From Spirochaetia bacterium (GTDB taxonomy: Bacteria; Spirochaetota; Spirochaetia; CADAEX01): a stretch of 64,000 bases of DNA. The position numbers were made by a program, and so were the translations under genes. A model generated the notes under the pieces. That model saw only the letters and a list, made by a program, of their open reading frames with translations. It did not search any database and had not been told where the DNA came from. The first letter of the stretch is position 1. Every line of letters begins with the position of its first letter. The stretch is taken from positions 1,120,001 through 1,184,000 of the forward strand of contig OY759746.1 of NCBI GenBank assembly GCA_963662795.1, read 5' to 3'. Of the stretch, positions 29,101 to 39,020 are shown one piece after another.

Positions 29101-29721
29101 TCAAAGCAGAATCATTGCTGTGTAACCGGCCGTTATCGGAATTATAAAATTATCATAATCACCAAGTGGAAATGCCTCTGTAACAGTTACCACAGCGGCT
29201 ATTATAATCGAAACACGGCTGTTTCCTGTTACTGTAAGCGAAGAAATATAAACAGCCAGAAAACACGCAAAACTTCCTTCAAAAGTCTTTCCGCCTGTAA
29301 ATGGTATTTTTATGCTCCCGAAAACCTTTCCCGCAACACTCGCCAGACCATCTCCGAATGCCAGCGCATAGATTGCTATCTTTGCGGCATTCTCCGGATA
29401 AAACAGCAGGGCGGCCATTGCACCAAGGGCCAGCGTCACCGGTCCGCCTGCAAATCTTCCCCTGTCTCTTTCCCTGAGAGCAAATTCCTTAATTCCTGAA
29501 ATAAAAGCCAGACTATACCCCTGGGCCCTTAGAAGTTCAGACCATGAATATATTATTGTACCGCCGCCAAGAAGAGCCAGTGCAAGTCCTCTGTCAAAAC
29601 CTGCCAGCAGCGGAACCAGCCCTATCAGCATATGTATGGTTTTTCTGAATAATTCTGTCCTGATTTCATCAAGTCCTGCGGTAAAATCTTTAACTGTTGT
29701 ACTAATTGCAATCTGATTCAA
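29101..29721 (-). CDS. Dolichol/phytol kinase-like cytidylyltransferase family membrane protein
   Basis: RKTIH, LAFGDGLASVAG, KTFEGS and DNFIIP. Confidence 0.8.
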   Translation of the reverse strand: MNQIAISTTVKDFTAGLDEIRTELFRKTIHMLIGLVPLLAGFDRGLALALLGGGTIIYSWSELLRAQGYSLAFISGIKEFALRERDRGRFAGGPVTLALGAMAALLFYPENAAKIAIYALAFGDGLASVAGKVFGSIKIPFTGGKTFEGSFACFLAVYISSLTVTGNSRVSIIIAAVVTVTEAFPLGDYDNFIIPITAGYTAMILL

Positions 29722-29754
29722 GCATACACCTCATCTTTGGAATCAATAAGTAAT

Positions 29755-29772
29755 ATGCAATTATTATGCCAA
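29755..29772 (-). promoter_or_regulatory. Sigma-54 (-24/-12) promoter
   Basis: TTGGCATAATAATTGCAT on the minus strand (GG-N10-GC). Confidence 0.8.
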
Positions 29773-29847
29773 CATAAGGTTTTTCAACATTTTAATAACT
29801 TCTTATATGATAAGGATTTATTTTTAGATATAGCCGGCGCTTAATTG

Positions 29848-29893
29848 TATTATCATGTTAGTGTATAAATTATTATACACTAACATGATAATA
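29848..29893. repeat. Perfect 21-bp inverted repeat
   Basis: TATTATCATGTTAGTGTATAA-ATTA-TTATACACTAACATGATAATA. Confidence 0.9.
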
Positions 29894-29939
29894 TTTATAA
29901 AATCTAACCCAACCAGGTGTACACTGTTTACAGCCTGAG

Positions 29940-31214
29940 CTAAAGCAGAAAAATCAGTGTATAAACGGTTGTGACTGCAAGTGTCAAAACCATAAAACCA
30001 AAACCGAACTTTGTGAATGTCCAGAATGTTATTTTATAGCCGCTCTTTTCAGAAATACCGGCTGAAACCACATTCGCAGAAGCACCTACAAGAGTACCGT
30101 TGCCCCCCAGACATGCCCCCATTGCCAGTGACCACCAGAGCGGAGTAATTGCCTCGTTTCCGAGAGAAAGGCCAATATTTTTTACAAGAGGTATCATGGT
30201 CGCAACATAGGGAATATTATCTACAAGAGCGGAAAACAGACCGGAAACCCAGATAAGCAGCACAGATGTTGTTGTTATGTTTCCTTTTGTAAGGCCAAGA
30301 ACATATTCAGCTGCCAGCCTGATAACACCTGTTTCAACCAGCCCTCCTACAAGTATAAAAAGGCCGACAAAGAAAAAAATCGTCCCCCACTCAATATCCC
30401 TGAACAGTTCATCAACATCGTCAAGTCCTGCGATAAGCATTAATACAGCGGCTCCGAACATGGCAATTGCAGAGGCCTCAAGTTTCAGAAATCCATGCAG
30501 AAGAAAGCCCGCTATTACAAAGGAAAGGACAGAAAGGGATTTAATTAAAAGCGGTTTGTTTTCAAGCGCCTTTTTTTCATCAAACTCCATTATTCTTGCT
30601 TTTCTTTCAGTGGAAACCCTCATCTTTTTTCTATAATAAAAATAGAGTATTGAAATGTATAAAAACAGTGAAATCAGAACAGGAGGGCCCAGAGTCACAA
30701 GAAACTGCATAAAATCAAGTCCTGCACTGCTTCCAATCATAATATTGGGCGGGTCCCCTATAAGAGTTGCTGTACCCCCTATGTTTGAAGCAACTGCCAT
30801 GCTGATGACGAAAGGGATCGGGGAAACATTAAGCTCGACTGCGATAAGAATTGTAACAGGAACGATAATAAGCACGGTTGTAACATTATCCAGAAATGCC
30901 GAGAAAATTGCCGTGATCATAATCAGAAAAATGAGGATGACTACAGGTTCTCCTTTCGCCAGTTTTGCAGCCTTTATTGCAACATACTGAAAAAGTCCGG
31001 TTTTCCTGGTTATCCCTACAATTATCATCATGCTTATAAGGAGAAAAATTACATTCCAGTCAATTACACGGAATGCTTCTTCTTCTCCGATAATCTTTAA
31101 AACAAGGAAAAGCGATGCCCCGAAAAGGGCAATAACTGTCTTATTTATCAGCTCGAAAGATATTATCAGATAAAGCACTATAAATATTCCCAGTGCTATA
31201 AACATCATCGTCAT
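29940..31214 (-). CDS. ArsB/NhaD family (IT superfamily) transporter
   Basis: SAFLDNVTT, ASNIGGTATLIGDPPNI, SALVDNIP and GACLGGNGTLVGASAN. Confidence 0.9.
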   Translation of the reverse strand: MTMMFIALGIFIVLYLIISFELINKTVIALFGASLFLVLKIIGEEEAFRVIDWNVIFLLISMMIIVGITRKTGLFQYVAIKAAKLAKGEPVVILIFLIMITAIFSAFLDNVTTVLIIVPVTILIAVELNVSPIPFVISMAVASNIGGTATLIGDPPNIMIGSSAGLDFMQFLVTLGPPVLISLFLYISILYFYYRKKMRVSTERKARIMEFDEKKALENKPLLIKSLSVLSFVIAGFLLHGFLKLEASAIAMFGAAVLMLIAGLDDVDELFRDIEWGTIFFFVGLFILVGGLVETGVIRLAAEYVLGLTKGNITTTSVLLIWVSGLFSALVDNIPYVATMIPLVKNIGLSLGNEAITPLWWSLAMGACLGGNGTLVGASANVVSAGISEKSGYKITFWTFTKFGFGFMVLTLAVTTVYTLIFLL

Positions 31215-31217
31215 GTT

Positions 31218-32117
31218 CTAACTCCTCAGTATTCTGTTAAGGATATCCATAAGGGCAAGAACACCTACCACTTTGCCGTTTTCGACTACAGGGATATGCC
31301 TTCTGTTGTTGTTTGTTATTTCAAGTGCTGCTTCAATAATCGATGAATCACGGCCCAGAACAATTGAAGGCTTTTTCATGATTTCATAAACCTTTATTTC
31401 ATCTTCTTTTCGAAAAAGCCTCTCAAGCGGTTCAAAAGATTTCAGAAATTTAAGGTTTCCCATTTTTGTGGCATAATCGGGGATACCCTCTTTTATTACC
31501 GTATTAAGATTTAATTCCCCGACAAAATTTCCTTCCCCGTCGATAACAGGCAGGTAGGTAACACTGTTTTTATAGAAAGTATCCACAAGCTCTTTAAGTG
31601 TAGCGTCGGGATGTGTTGAAAAGAATTTTTCCGACATTATACTCTCGACAGTTACCTCTTCCTTAACCTTGACATTTTTCTTTTCAATCAGGCTGACAAA
31701 TGCTTCCCCGCTTGAAGATAACAACAGTTCTTCATAGAAATCTTTATCTCTTGATATTTTTATCAGTGAAGATAGAGCATTCAGATAAATATTGGAGACA
31801 GTTTTTGATGTCAGGATAAGAACTACGGTCCTGACTTCCCTTTTCCCGTCCATGAATAATTTTTCAGGAAGTAAAATACCGATCAGTATATCATCAAAAT
31901 TATCAAGCCGGGCATGGGGGATTGCTATTCCCGTATCAAAGGTTGTCCCGCCGAGCTCTTCCCTCTCTCTTATCGTCTTTTCAATATAATCCTGTTCAAT
32001 ATTGAATTTATAATATTTTTTAAAATTAACAAGAATTTCAGCTATTGCATCTTCCTTGTTCCGGGCCGGACTATTGATAATAATATAGTCAGGCCTGAGC
32101 AAACTGGATAGTTTCAT
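31218..32117 (-). CDS. PTS EIIA (Fru/Ntr-type) - CBS pair fusion protein
   Basis: REELGGT..DTGIAIPHAR (phospho-His intact) followed by two CBS motifs. Confidence 0.85.
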   Translation of the reverse strand: MKLSSLLRPDYIIINSPARNKEDAIAEILVNFKKYYKFNIEQDYIEKTIREREELGGTTFDTGIAIPHARLDNFDDILIGILLPEKLFMDGKREVRTVVLILTSKTVSNIYLNALSSLIKISRDKDFYEELLLSSSGEAFVSLIEKKNVKVKEEVTVESIMSEKFFSTHPDATLKELVDTFYKNSVTYLPVIDGEGNFVGELNLNTVIKEGIPDYATKMGNLKFLKSFEPLERLFRKEDEIKVYEIMKKPSIVLGRDSSIIEAALEITNNNRRHIPVVENGKVVGVLALMDILNRILRS

Positions 32118-32168
32118 TTAAAACTCCCTGATTAAGTAATAAATTAATATATACTTTTCTCTAAAAAC

Positions 32169-32206
32169 AAAAAAGGCAGGTACGAAGAAATTTTCGTATC
32201 TGCCTT
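32169..32206 (-). terminator. Terminator after V-ATPase operon
   Basis: AAGGCAGATACGAA...TTCGTACCTGCCTTTTTT on the minus strand. Confidence 0.8.
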
Positions 32207-32312
32207 GATTTTGGATCACTCTGGAGATCCTTAAAGTCTTCTAACCCGCCGGTAAATTCCGTTCGCCGGAAAGACAATCATCCATTAACATATCGCAGTT
32301 TGTTCCTTTTTA

Positions 32313-32741
32313 TCAAAGAATTCCCATGAGAAAAACCATTATAAAAAGGGCTACTGATTCAACAAGACCAAGAATGATAAGGTAATTGCTGAATCCTTTT
32401 CCGGTGCTTGTAAGCGCATCTGCTCCTGCCGCTCCAGCTGCGCCCTGAAACCATGCAGACATACCAATTCCAAAACCGCCGAATAATCCTGCGCCGAGAA
32501 TAAGGCCGGGATCCGCAGAAGAAGAAGCTGCGAGAAGCTGATTCATCAAAATCATGCCGTAGATTGTCTGTGTAAACGGAGCACCGACAAAAGCAAGAAG
32601 AATGAAAGGCGCCGGTTTGTTTTGCGCATAACATCTTTTCCATGCGCCTATTGTTGACATACCTGCTATACCAATACCTATTGCTGATCCGGCTGCTGCC
32701 AGAGCAAATGCTGCTGCTATTCCCATCTGTCCCATATTCAT
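32313..32741 (-). CDS. atpK: V/A-type ATP synthase subunit K
   Basis: Four TM segments with FTQTIYG, WFQG and LVES; start at MNMGQ after SD AAGGAG. Confidence 0.92.
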   Translation of the reverse strand: MNMGQMGIAAAFALAAAGSAIGIGIAGMSTIGAWKRCYAQNKPAPFILLAFVGAPFTQTIYGMILMNQLLAASSSADPGLILGAGLFGGFGIGMSAWFQGAAGAAGADALTSTGKGFSNYLIILGLVESVALFIMVFLMGIL

Positions 32742-32857
32742 ATGAAAACTCCTTTTACTTAAGCTGTCACTGTTAAACAAGTTACAGCTAAAACATAATA
32801 TTTATTTTTAATATATAGATTTAACCTGTCTGCATCATATAAGTGATTCAGGCAGGA

Positions 32858-34660
32858 TTAAAACTCATTTTTTTTGAATGGATTATAGGCATGACCGCTC
32901 CACTCCATTCCGACTTTTCCTCCGAACTCAAGCATATTGAGTCTTACACCGTGCACAATTACAGATAAAAGCGACATGGCCATATTGAATGTATGTGCAA
33001 GAAATAAAACAATAGCCGCCAGGATCATCCCCACTATTCCCTCAAAGCCCGAAGCCATCTGGTTAAAACTCTGAGCAACAGCTACAGTTGCAAGCCCTAC
33101 TGCAAAAAGCCTGATGTATGAAACAAGATCTGCAAACATATTGACACTGTTAAGAAACTTCATCGGAGACCATGCAAGTCCCAGGAAAATTCCTTTCAAT
33201 ATATTTTTTCCGCTCTGCTCGGAAAAAACAAGAACAACTCCGAATCCCGCGAGAAACAGTGGAAGAGCAACCGGATTGAGTTCCACGCCAAGAACGAAAA
33301 ACCTTGCTACAAAATACATGGCATAAAGAATCAGCAGCCATCCAATTTCAGCTATTGCTGCAAGGGAAGGCATTTTCCTGATAAAGCTGATTAAAATGCC
33401 AAGTGTAAGATGAGCCATTCCAATAAGAAAACTCAGCTGTTTTATCATGGCCGTTGTATCGCCGTATCCGAAACTGGCAATTTCCGGAATTATCATTGCT
33501 TTAAGTACCGGCAGCTCCGCAAGAGTTTTAGCACCGAACCATGTCCCGGTTACAACACCCCAGACAATGGTCGCGCCGCTTAATACAGCCAGAAGAAAAA
33601 ACACCTGTGAGGGAGCTTTTTTCATCTTTATTCTCATAAGCAGCGTCATTCCGAGAAAAATTATTCCATACCCTGCATCGCCGACAATCATTGCTACAAA
33701 TACTGTAAAAAAGGTAAGAAAAAACATGCTTATATCAAGCTCCCTGTATCCGGGAGTTGTATCAAGAAATTTAAAAAGCGGCTGAATCAGGCTTACCCAT
33801 TTGGGGTTTCTGACCAGTGTAGGCGGATCTTCGCTTTCTTCCGGATCACGGATCAACAGCGCCCAGTGCATTTCTGCTGCCGCGCTTGTAAGCTTTTCCA
33901 CCCTGTCGGCTGGAACAAAACCGGATATATATGCAAATCTTTCTTCCACATTCATATCCGCGTTAATGGATTCGAATTCCAGTATTGTGTCGAGCTCTTT
34001 AAGTCCTTCTGTAAGGAGTATTTTTTTCTCTGCAAGCTTTTCAAGCTCTTTTTCAAGTTCTACTTTCTCTGTATCTTTTTTTTCTATTTCGATTTTAAGC
34101 GTTTCAATTCCGCCCTGCGGAAGAAAGAATTCTTCCGCCGCCACTTCAGGAAGGCTTTCATCAGGCAATGAAACAGCTGCAATAAATGTTTTATTTTTTA
34201 TTCTGTTTATTGTTATGTATTTAAGATCAGCCGGCAGATTTGCAAACTGTTCTTTTGTGAGCTCAAATAATTTAACAACAATTCCTTCGCCTTCAAGCTC
34301 TTTTACATCGGAAGGGTTAAAATCTCCCCATGGAGCAAGACTCAGGATATCCTTGCGGGCCCTTTCCTTCTCATCTTCAATTGCCCGTACCCTTTCCTGT
34401 ATCCCGCTTATCCTTTCTGCAAGTTTTTCAGCTTCATCAAGGTTTGTGTATTCAGCGTTATCAGCGGGTTTTTTCAGCTGAGGAAGGGCAAGTATGCTTC
34501 TGTCAAAGAGTGAGCGTTTTTCAGCAAGTGAATTGACTGTCTCATTTGATTTATATTCTCTCTCTATATGGGCAACACCAAGTTCTCTTAGTTTGGTGAG
34601 CGCCTTTTCCCGCATTGAGTCAAGAACAACAAGGTAAACTTTCTTCATTTTTACTATCAT
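32858..34660 (-). CDS. atpI: V/A-type ATP synthase subunit I
   Basis: PGYRELD, GDAGYG, SYIRLFAVGLA and HGVRLNMLEF. Confidence 0.93.
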   Translation of the reverse strand: MIVKMKKVYLVVLDSMREKALTKLRELGVAHIEREYKSNETVNSLAEKRSLFDRSILALPQLKKPADNAEYTNLDEAEKLAERISGIQERVRAIEDEKERARKDILSLAPWGDFNPSDVKELEGEGIVVKLFELTKEQFANLPADLKYITINRIKNKTFIAAVSLPDESLPEVAAEEFFLPQGGIETLKIEIEKKDTEKVELEKELEKLAEKKILLTEGLKELDTILEFESINADMNVEERFAYISGFVPADRVEKLTSAAAEMHWALLIRDPEESEDPPTLVRNPKWVSLIQPLFKFLDTTPGYRELDISMFFLTFFTVFVAMIVGDAGYGIIFLGMTLLMRIKMKKAPSQVFFLLAVLSGATIVWGVVTGTWFGAKTLAELPVLKAMIIPEIASFGYGDTTAMIKQLSFLIGMAHLTLGILISFIRKMPSLAAIAEIGWLLILYAMYFVARFFVLGVELNPVALPLFLAGFGVVLVFSEQSGKNILKGIFLGLAWSPMKFLNSVNMFADLVSYIRLFAVGLATVAVAQSFNQMASGFEGIVGMILAAIVLFLAHTFNMAMSLLSVIVHGVRLNMLEFGGKVGMEWSGHAYNPFKKNEF

Positions 34661-34662
34661 AG

Positions 34663-35259
34663 CTATGACACCTTTACCAGTTTGTTTTTAGCTATCTTTC
34701 CGCAGACAACTGCCGCAGTCTGCTGATCGCCGAGATATATCTGGATCATCCTGATGTTCTCTTTTGCCTCGGGTATTTTTACCTTTTCAAAAAGATTTAC
34801 TCTCTGGGTCGTAACCCTCAGCTCAGCGCCTAGAAGCTCAATCTGTTTCTCGAGAATTTTCATTTCTTCATCATAAGCAAGCAGTTTTGACACTTTTTCA
34901 ACAGCTGCGTCGATCCAGAGCGGTTTTTCAAATAAATTATATTCAGCCAGTTCAAACTGAATCCCCTTGAATATCTGAATATCCACTCCGGCGATATTGC
35001 TGTCCTCAATTTCAAGAGATTTTATCTTTACAAGCTCCTCAAAACCGACTTTCTCACCAAAAACATCAACCCATGAAAAGATTTCATCCCTGAATCTGTC
35101 CCGTTCCTCTTTTTTATTTTTCAGGGCAGTTTCTACCTGCCTGATTACAAGCTGAAGCTGCTGTTTTTTAAGCATAAGTGTGGGAAGATATCTGGTAAAT
35201 CTTTTTAACCCGTCTTTCTGATTTTTCAGTTCATTTTTGGTCAGCTTGATTTTTGCCAT
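34663..35259 (-). CDS. atpD: V/A-type ATP synthase subunit D
   Basis: LTKNELK, LPTLMLKKQQL and TTQRVNLFEKVKIP. Confidence 0.93.
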   Translation of the reverse strand: MAKIKLTKNELKNQKDGLKRFTRYLPTLMLKKQQLQLVIRQVETALKNKKEERDRFRDEIFSWVDVFGEKVGFEELVKIKSLEIEDSNIAGVDIQIFKGIQFELAEYNLFEKPLWIDAAVEKVSKLLAYDEEMKILEKQIELLGAELRVTTQRVNLFEKVKIPEAKENIRMIQIYLGDQQTAAVVCGKIAKNKLVKVS

Positions 35260-35261
35260 CT

Positions 35262-36566
35262 TTATTTTTCTTCCTTCCCGGGCCAGAACTTTTTAAGAAG
35301 CTCTGTTCTCATTCCGGTCTCTTCAGGCATAAAACATTCAGCAAAAATTTCCCATCCCTTATCAAGCGCTTTCTCAAGCGGAATATTTACAGACAGGGCC
35401 ATAAGCTCTTTTTCAAAAATCTCTCCGTATTTAAGCAGTTTGGTGTCCCAGTCAGACATCCTGAACCCCATGGATTTCTTTTCCATTGATTCCTTGTAGG
35501 CGGCATAAAGCTTGATCATACCGTCCATAAGAGCCCGGTGATCTTCCCTTGTATCCTTGTTAACCTGCTGTTTCAGTCTTGAAAGTGACCCGAAAGGCTC
35601 GATTCTTCCGTTTTTCAGATAGAACTGTCCTTCTGTTATATATCCTGTATTGTCAGGAACAGGGTGAGTTACATCATCCCCAGGCATTGTCGTAACAGCC
35701 AGGATAGTAATTGAACCTGCCCCTTCAAAGTCGACCGCCTTCTCATACCGGGAAGCAAGCTGGCTGTAAAGGTCTCCGGGGTAACCCCTGTTTGACGGAA
35801 CCTGTTCCATTGTAATGGCTATTTCTTTCATGGCATCCGCAAAGTTGGTCATATCGGTCAGAAGAACAAGGACCTTTTTACCCTGCAGGGCAAACTGCTC
35901 TGCGACAGCAAGGGAAACGTCCGGAACCAGAAGACATTCAACTATAGGGTCGGAAGCTGTATGAACAAAGAATATAGTTCTGCTGAGCGCTCCCCCTTCT
36001 TCAAGTGTATCCTTGAAGAAAAGGTAGTCATCGTATTTAAGCCCCATACCTCCGAGGATAATCATGTCGACCTCGGCCTGCATTGCGATTCTCGCGAGCA
36101 GCTCATTATACGGTTCACCTGATGATGAGAAAATCGGAAGTTTCTGGGACTCGACGAGCGAGTTGAAAACATCGATCATGGGAATACCGGTTCTTACCAT
36201 ATTACGGGGAATTATTCTCTTTGCCGGGTTAACTGAAGGACCAGCAATTTCAATCATGTTTTCCGTCAGGGCCGGCCCGTTATCTCTCGGCTGCCCGCCG
36301 CCGTTGAAGATTCTTCCCAGAAGGTTATCTGAAAAGGAAATTCTCATGGGATGCCCCAAAAACCGGACTTCATCACCGGTAGAGATCCCTCTTCCTCCTG
36401 CGAAGACCTGCAGGGCAACCTTGTCATCCTTCAGTTTGATGACCTGTGCAAGCGACCTTCCGTGAGCTGAAGATACTTCAGCAAGATCTTCGTATTTTAT
36501 CCCGTCCGCAGAAACTGTTATTACGTTTCCTGCGATTGATTCTATTTTACTGTAAACCTTACGCAT
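35262..36566 (-). CDS. atpB: V/A-type ATP synthase subunit B
   Basis: [19 protein letters not shown] and [14 protein letters not shown]. Confidence 0.95.
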   Translation of the reverse strand: MRKVYSKIESIAGNVITVSADGIKYEDLAEVSSAHGRSLAQVIKLKDDKVALQVFAGGRGISTGDEVRFLGHPMRISFSDNLLGRIFNGGGQPRDNGPALTENMIEIAGPSVNPAKRIIPRNMVRTGIPMIDVFNSLVESQKLPIFSSSGEPYNELLARIAMQAEVDMIILGGMGLKYDDYLFFKDTLEEGGALSRTIFFVHTASDPIVECLLVPDVSLAVAEQFALQGKKVLVLLTDMTNFADAMKEIAITMEQVPSNRGYPGDLYSQLASRYEKAVDFEGAGSITILAVTTMPGDDVTHPVPDNTGYITEGQFYLKNGRIEPFGSLSRLKQQVNKDTREDHRALMDGMIKLYAAYKESMEKKSMGFRMSDWDTKLLKYGEIFEKELMALSVNIPLEKALDKGWEIFAECFMPEETGMRTELLKKFWPGKEEK

Positions 36567-36578
36567 TCTTTCCGCCCC

Positions 36579-38363
36579 TTACCTTGTAGTTTCCAGCATC
36601 TGTGCTGCAGTTTCATCAACATCTTTCTGTTTTGATGAAAGCAGGTCAAGAAGCTCTTTTTCTTTTGCTGTAAATTCATCCGTATCCCAGCTTGAACCGT
36701 TGTAATCAAGGAAAAGCTGTCTTAGCCGGTTAAAATACTGCCTTGCATCATCCTTGGCCTGAAAGTCAAAAATTGCCGCAAGTATCCTGAATATTACATC
36801 AAAAATATGCCTCTGCCTTTCAACAGAAACAGAATTGTCAACAGGATCAAATGAGTTCTGCTGAAGATATACTGAATCGAGAAAATCACTTTTAAGGTAT
36901 ACAATGTAATCGTCAAGACTTGTTCCCTCTTCACCGACTACCTTCATCATCTGCGCTACATCATTGCCTTTATAAAGTATTCTTCGGGCATATTCAGTTT
37001 TTTCGAATTCAACAGACCCTTTATATTTACTCCAGCTTTCAAGCGGGTGTATAGCCGGATATTTTCTGGCATCAGACCTTTCCCTTGAAAGTCCGTGAAA
37101 AGCTCCGACAACCTTAAGTGTTGCCTGTGTAACAGGTTCTTCGAAGTTTCCTCCGGCGGGGCTTACTGTTCCGCCTATTGTTACAGACCCTGTGGTGCCG
37201 TCTTTAAGACGTACAAGGCAGGCTCTTTCATAAAAAGAAGCTATTACAGATTCAAGATATGCAGGAAATGCTTCTTCACCCGGTATTTCTTCAAGGCGTC
37301 CGGACATTTCCCTCATTGCCTGTGCCCATCTTGATGTTGAATCCGCAAGAAGAAGAACATCAAGTCCCATCTGCCTGTAATATTCTGCCAGGGTCGCCGC
37401 GGTATAAACTGAAGCTTCCCTTGCCGCAACAGGCATTGAACTTGTGTTACATATAATTATTGTTCTTTCCATAAGTGACTTGCCGGTACGCGGGTCGGTA
37501 AGTTCGGGAAACTCTTTTAATGTTTCAACAACCTCTCCGGCCCTCTCGCCGCAGGCTGCGATAATTACAATATCCACTTCCGCGTTACGGCTTGTTATCT
37601 GCTGCAGAACTGTCTTGCCGGCGCCGAAGGGACCGGGAATACAGTATGTTCCCCCTTTCGCCACCGGGATAAAGGTGTCAATCAGCCTTACCTTTGTTAC
37701 CATCGGGTCAACAGGCTTAAGCCGTTCTGCATAGGCATCTATGGCTCTTTTTACAGGCCACTGAAATCTCATGGTAAGGGGATAAACAGTTCCCTTTGAA
37801 TCTTCAATTTCCGCGATCTTTCCTGAAACAGGGTAAGATCCTGCGGAGACAACAGATTTTACCTTATAGGTATCCAGCAGGTTAAAAGGAACCATTATCC
37901 GGTGGGTAAATATGCCTTCGGGAACTGTTCCGATTGAATCGCCTCTGGTAACTGTATCTCCGGGTTTTACAACAGGTGTAAAATCCCATTCTTTTGCCGG
38001 CAGAGGATCAAGATAGACGCCTCTGTCGAGAAAAAAACCGCACTGCTCTGCAAGCTGCGGAAGAGGATTCTGAAGACCGTCATATATCTGGCCCAGAAGA
38101 CCCGGCCCCAGAGTTACTGCAAGAAGGTTCCTTGTAAGCTCTACAACATCGCCTATTCCGATGCCTCTGGTCATTTCAAAAACCTGCAGATCCGCCCTGT
38201 TTCCATTGATCCTGATAACCTCTGATTTAAGGTTTTTTTCTCCCTGGGGCGTGTTAAGCTTAACATAACCCACCTCATTCATCAGAACTTCACCGTCAAA
38301 TTCGATTGTTACCATGTTGCCGTTTACACCGACAACCTTACCTGTACTAATTATATCCTTCAT
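36579..38363 (-). CDS. atpA: V/A-type ATP synthase subunit A
   Basis: P-loop GPFGAGKT, CGERAGE and DSTSRWAQAMRE. Confidence 0.96.
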   Translation of the reverse strand: MKDIISTGKVVGVNGNMVTIEFDGEVLMNEVGYVKLNTPQGEKNLKSEVIRINGNRADLQVFEMTRGIGIGDVVELTRNLLAVTLGPGLLGQIYDGLQNPLPQLAEQCGFFLDRGVYLDPLPAKEWDFTPVVKPGDTVTRGDSIGTVPEGIFTHRIMVPFNLLDTYKVKSVVSAGSYPVSGKIAEIEDSKGTVYPLTMRFQWPVKRAIDAYAERLKPVDPMVTKVRLIDTFIPVAKGGTYCIPGPFGAGKTVLQQITSRNAEVDIVIIAACGERAGEVVETLKEFPELTDPRTGKSLMERTIIICNTSSMPVAAREASVYTAATLAEYYRQMGLDVLLLADSTSRWAQAMREMSGRLEEIPGEEAFPAYLESVIASFYERACLVRLKDGTTGSVTIGGTVSPAGGNFEEPVTQATLKVVGAFHGLSRERSDARKYPAIHPLESWSKYKGSVEFEKTEYARRILYKGNDVAQMMKVVGEEGTSLDDYIVYLKSDFLDSVYLQQNSFDPVDNSVSVERQRHIFDVIFRILAAIFDFQAKDDARQYFNRLRQLFLDYNGSSWDTDEFTAKEKELLDLLSSKQKDVDETAAQMLETTR

Positions 38364-38459
38364 AAATACCTCTACAACAAATTGTCCTTCGTCTTCCAGT
38401 TTTCATTAAAATTACAAAACAAAAAAACGCTGAATTTAGCGTTTTTAAGGATATTTCAA

Positions 38460-39017
38460 TTATTGGCTGTTATTTTGTGAACCTGCATTTTCAGTTATAT
38501 TTCTATAAAGTTCCTCAAAACCGAATTTCCCTTTTTCCCTGTTTATCTGTGCTTTCCTGTACAGAATCTGCAGCTGCAGAAAATAAATAATAAGCCTGCC
38601 CAGGTCAAAATAGTGACCAGCTTCAAGCATATCAAGATATTCCCATCTTGCCCTGTCAAGAACAGCTTCGCCGTCAAGAGGGGATGCGCAGCTGAATGCT
38701 TCGCGCGCAGTTTCAAGCACTCCGGTTTCAACAGTTCCGGCAGAAATATATTTCTCACCGTCCTGTCCTTTTTTTCCTGCCCTCATTTTGACAAGTTCAT
38801 TTCTAAGGCTTCTTTCCCAGCTGTTCCATTTATCCAGAACCTGATTCGCAGAAACCCCTTCTGACGGTACAATTCTGGCGTTTTTTAATATCTGAAAATC
38901 CTTTCCTGTAATTGTTGATTCGCAGCAGTCGAAAAATTCCTCTTCAGACATGAATTTTTCTGAATCCCAGGAAAGCATGGGCAGGGATGAAACTGTGTAA
39001 TAATACTGATTTGCCAA
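38460..39017 (-). CDS. DUF2764 family protein (V-ATPase subunit C-like)
   Basis: YYYTVSSLP and WERSLRNEL; lies between subunits E and A; TTG start. Confidence 0.8.
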   Translation of the reverse strand: MANQYYYTVSSLPMLSWDSEKFMSEEEFFDCCESTITGKDFQILKNARIVPSEGVSANQVLDKWNSWERSLRNELVKMRAGKKGQDGEKYISAGTVETGVLETAREAFSCASPLDGEAVLDRARWEYLDMLEAGHYFDLGRLIIYFLQLQILYRKAQINREKGKFGFEELYRNITENAGSQNNSQ

Positions 39018-39020
39018 GGC

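Noticed and set aside
33801-34481. 226-aa Ser/Phe-rich ORF opposite atpI
   Set aside because: Antisense read of Glu/Lys-rich coiled-coil codons.
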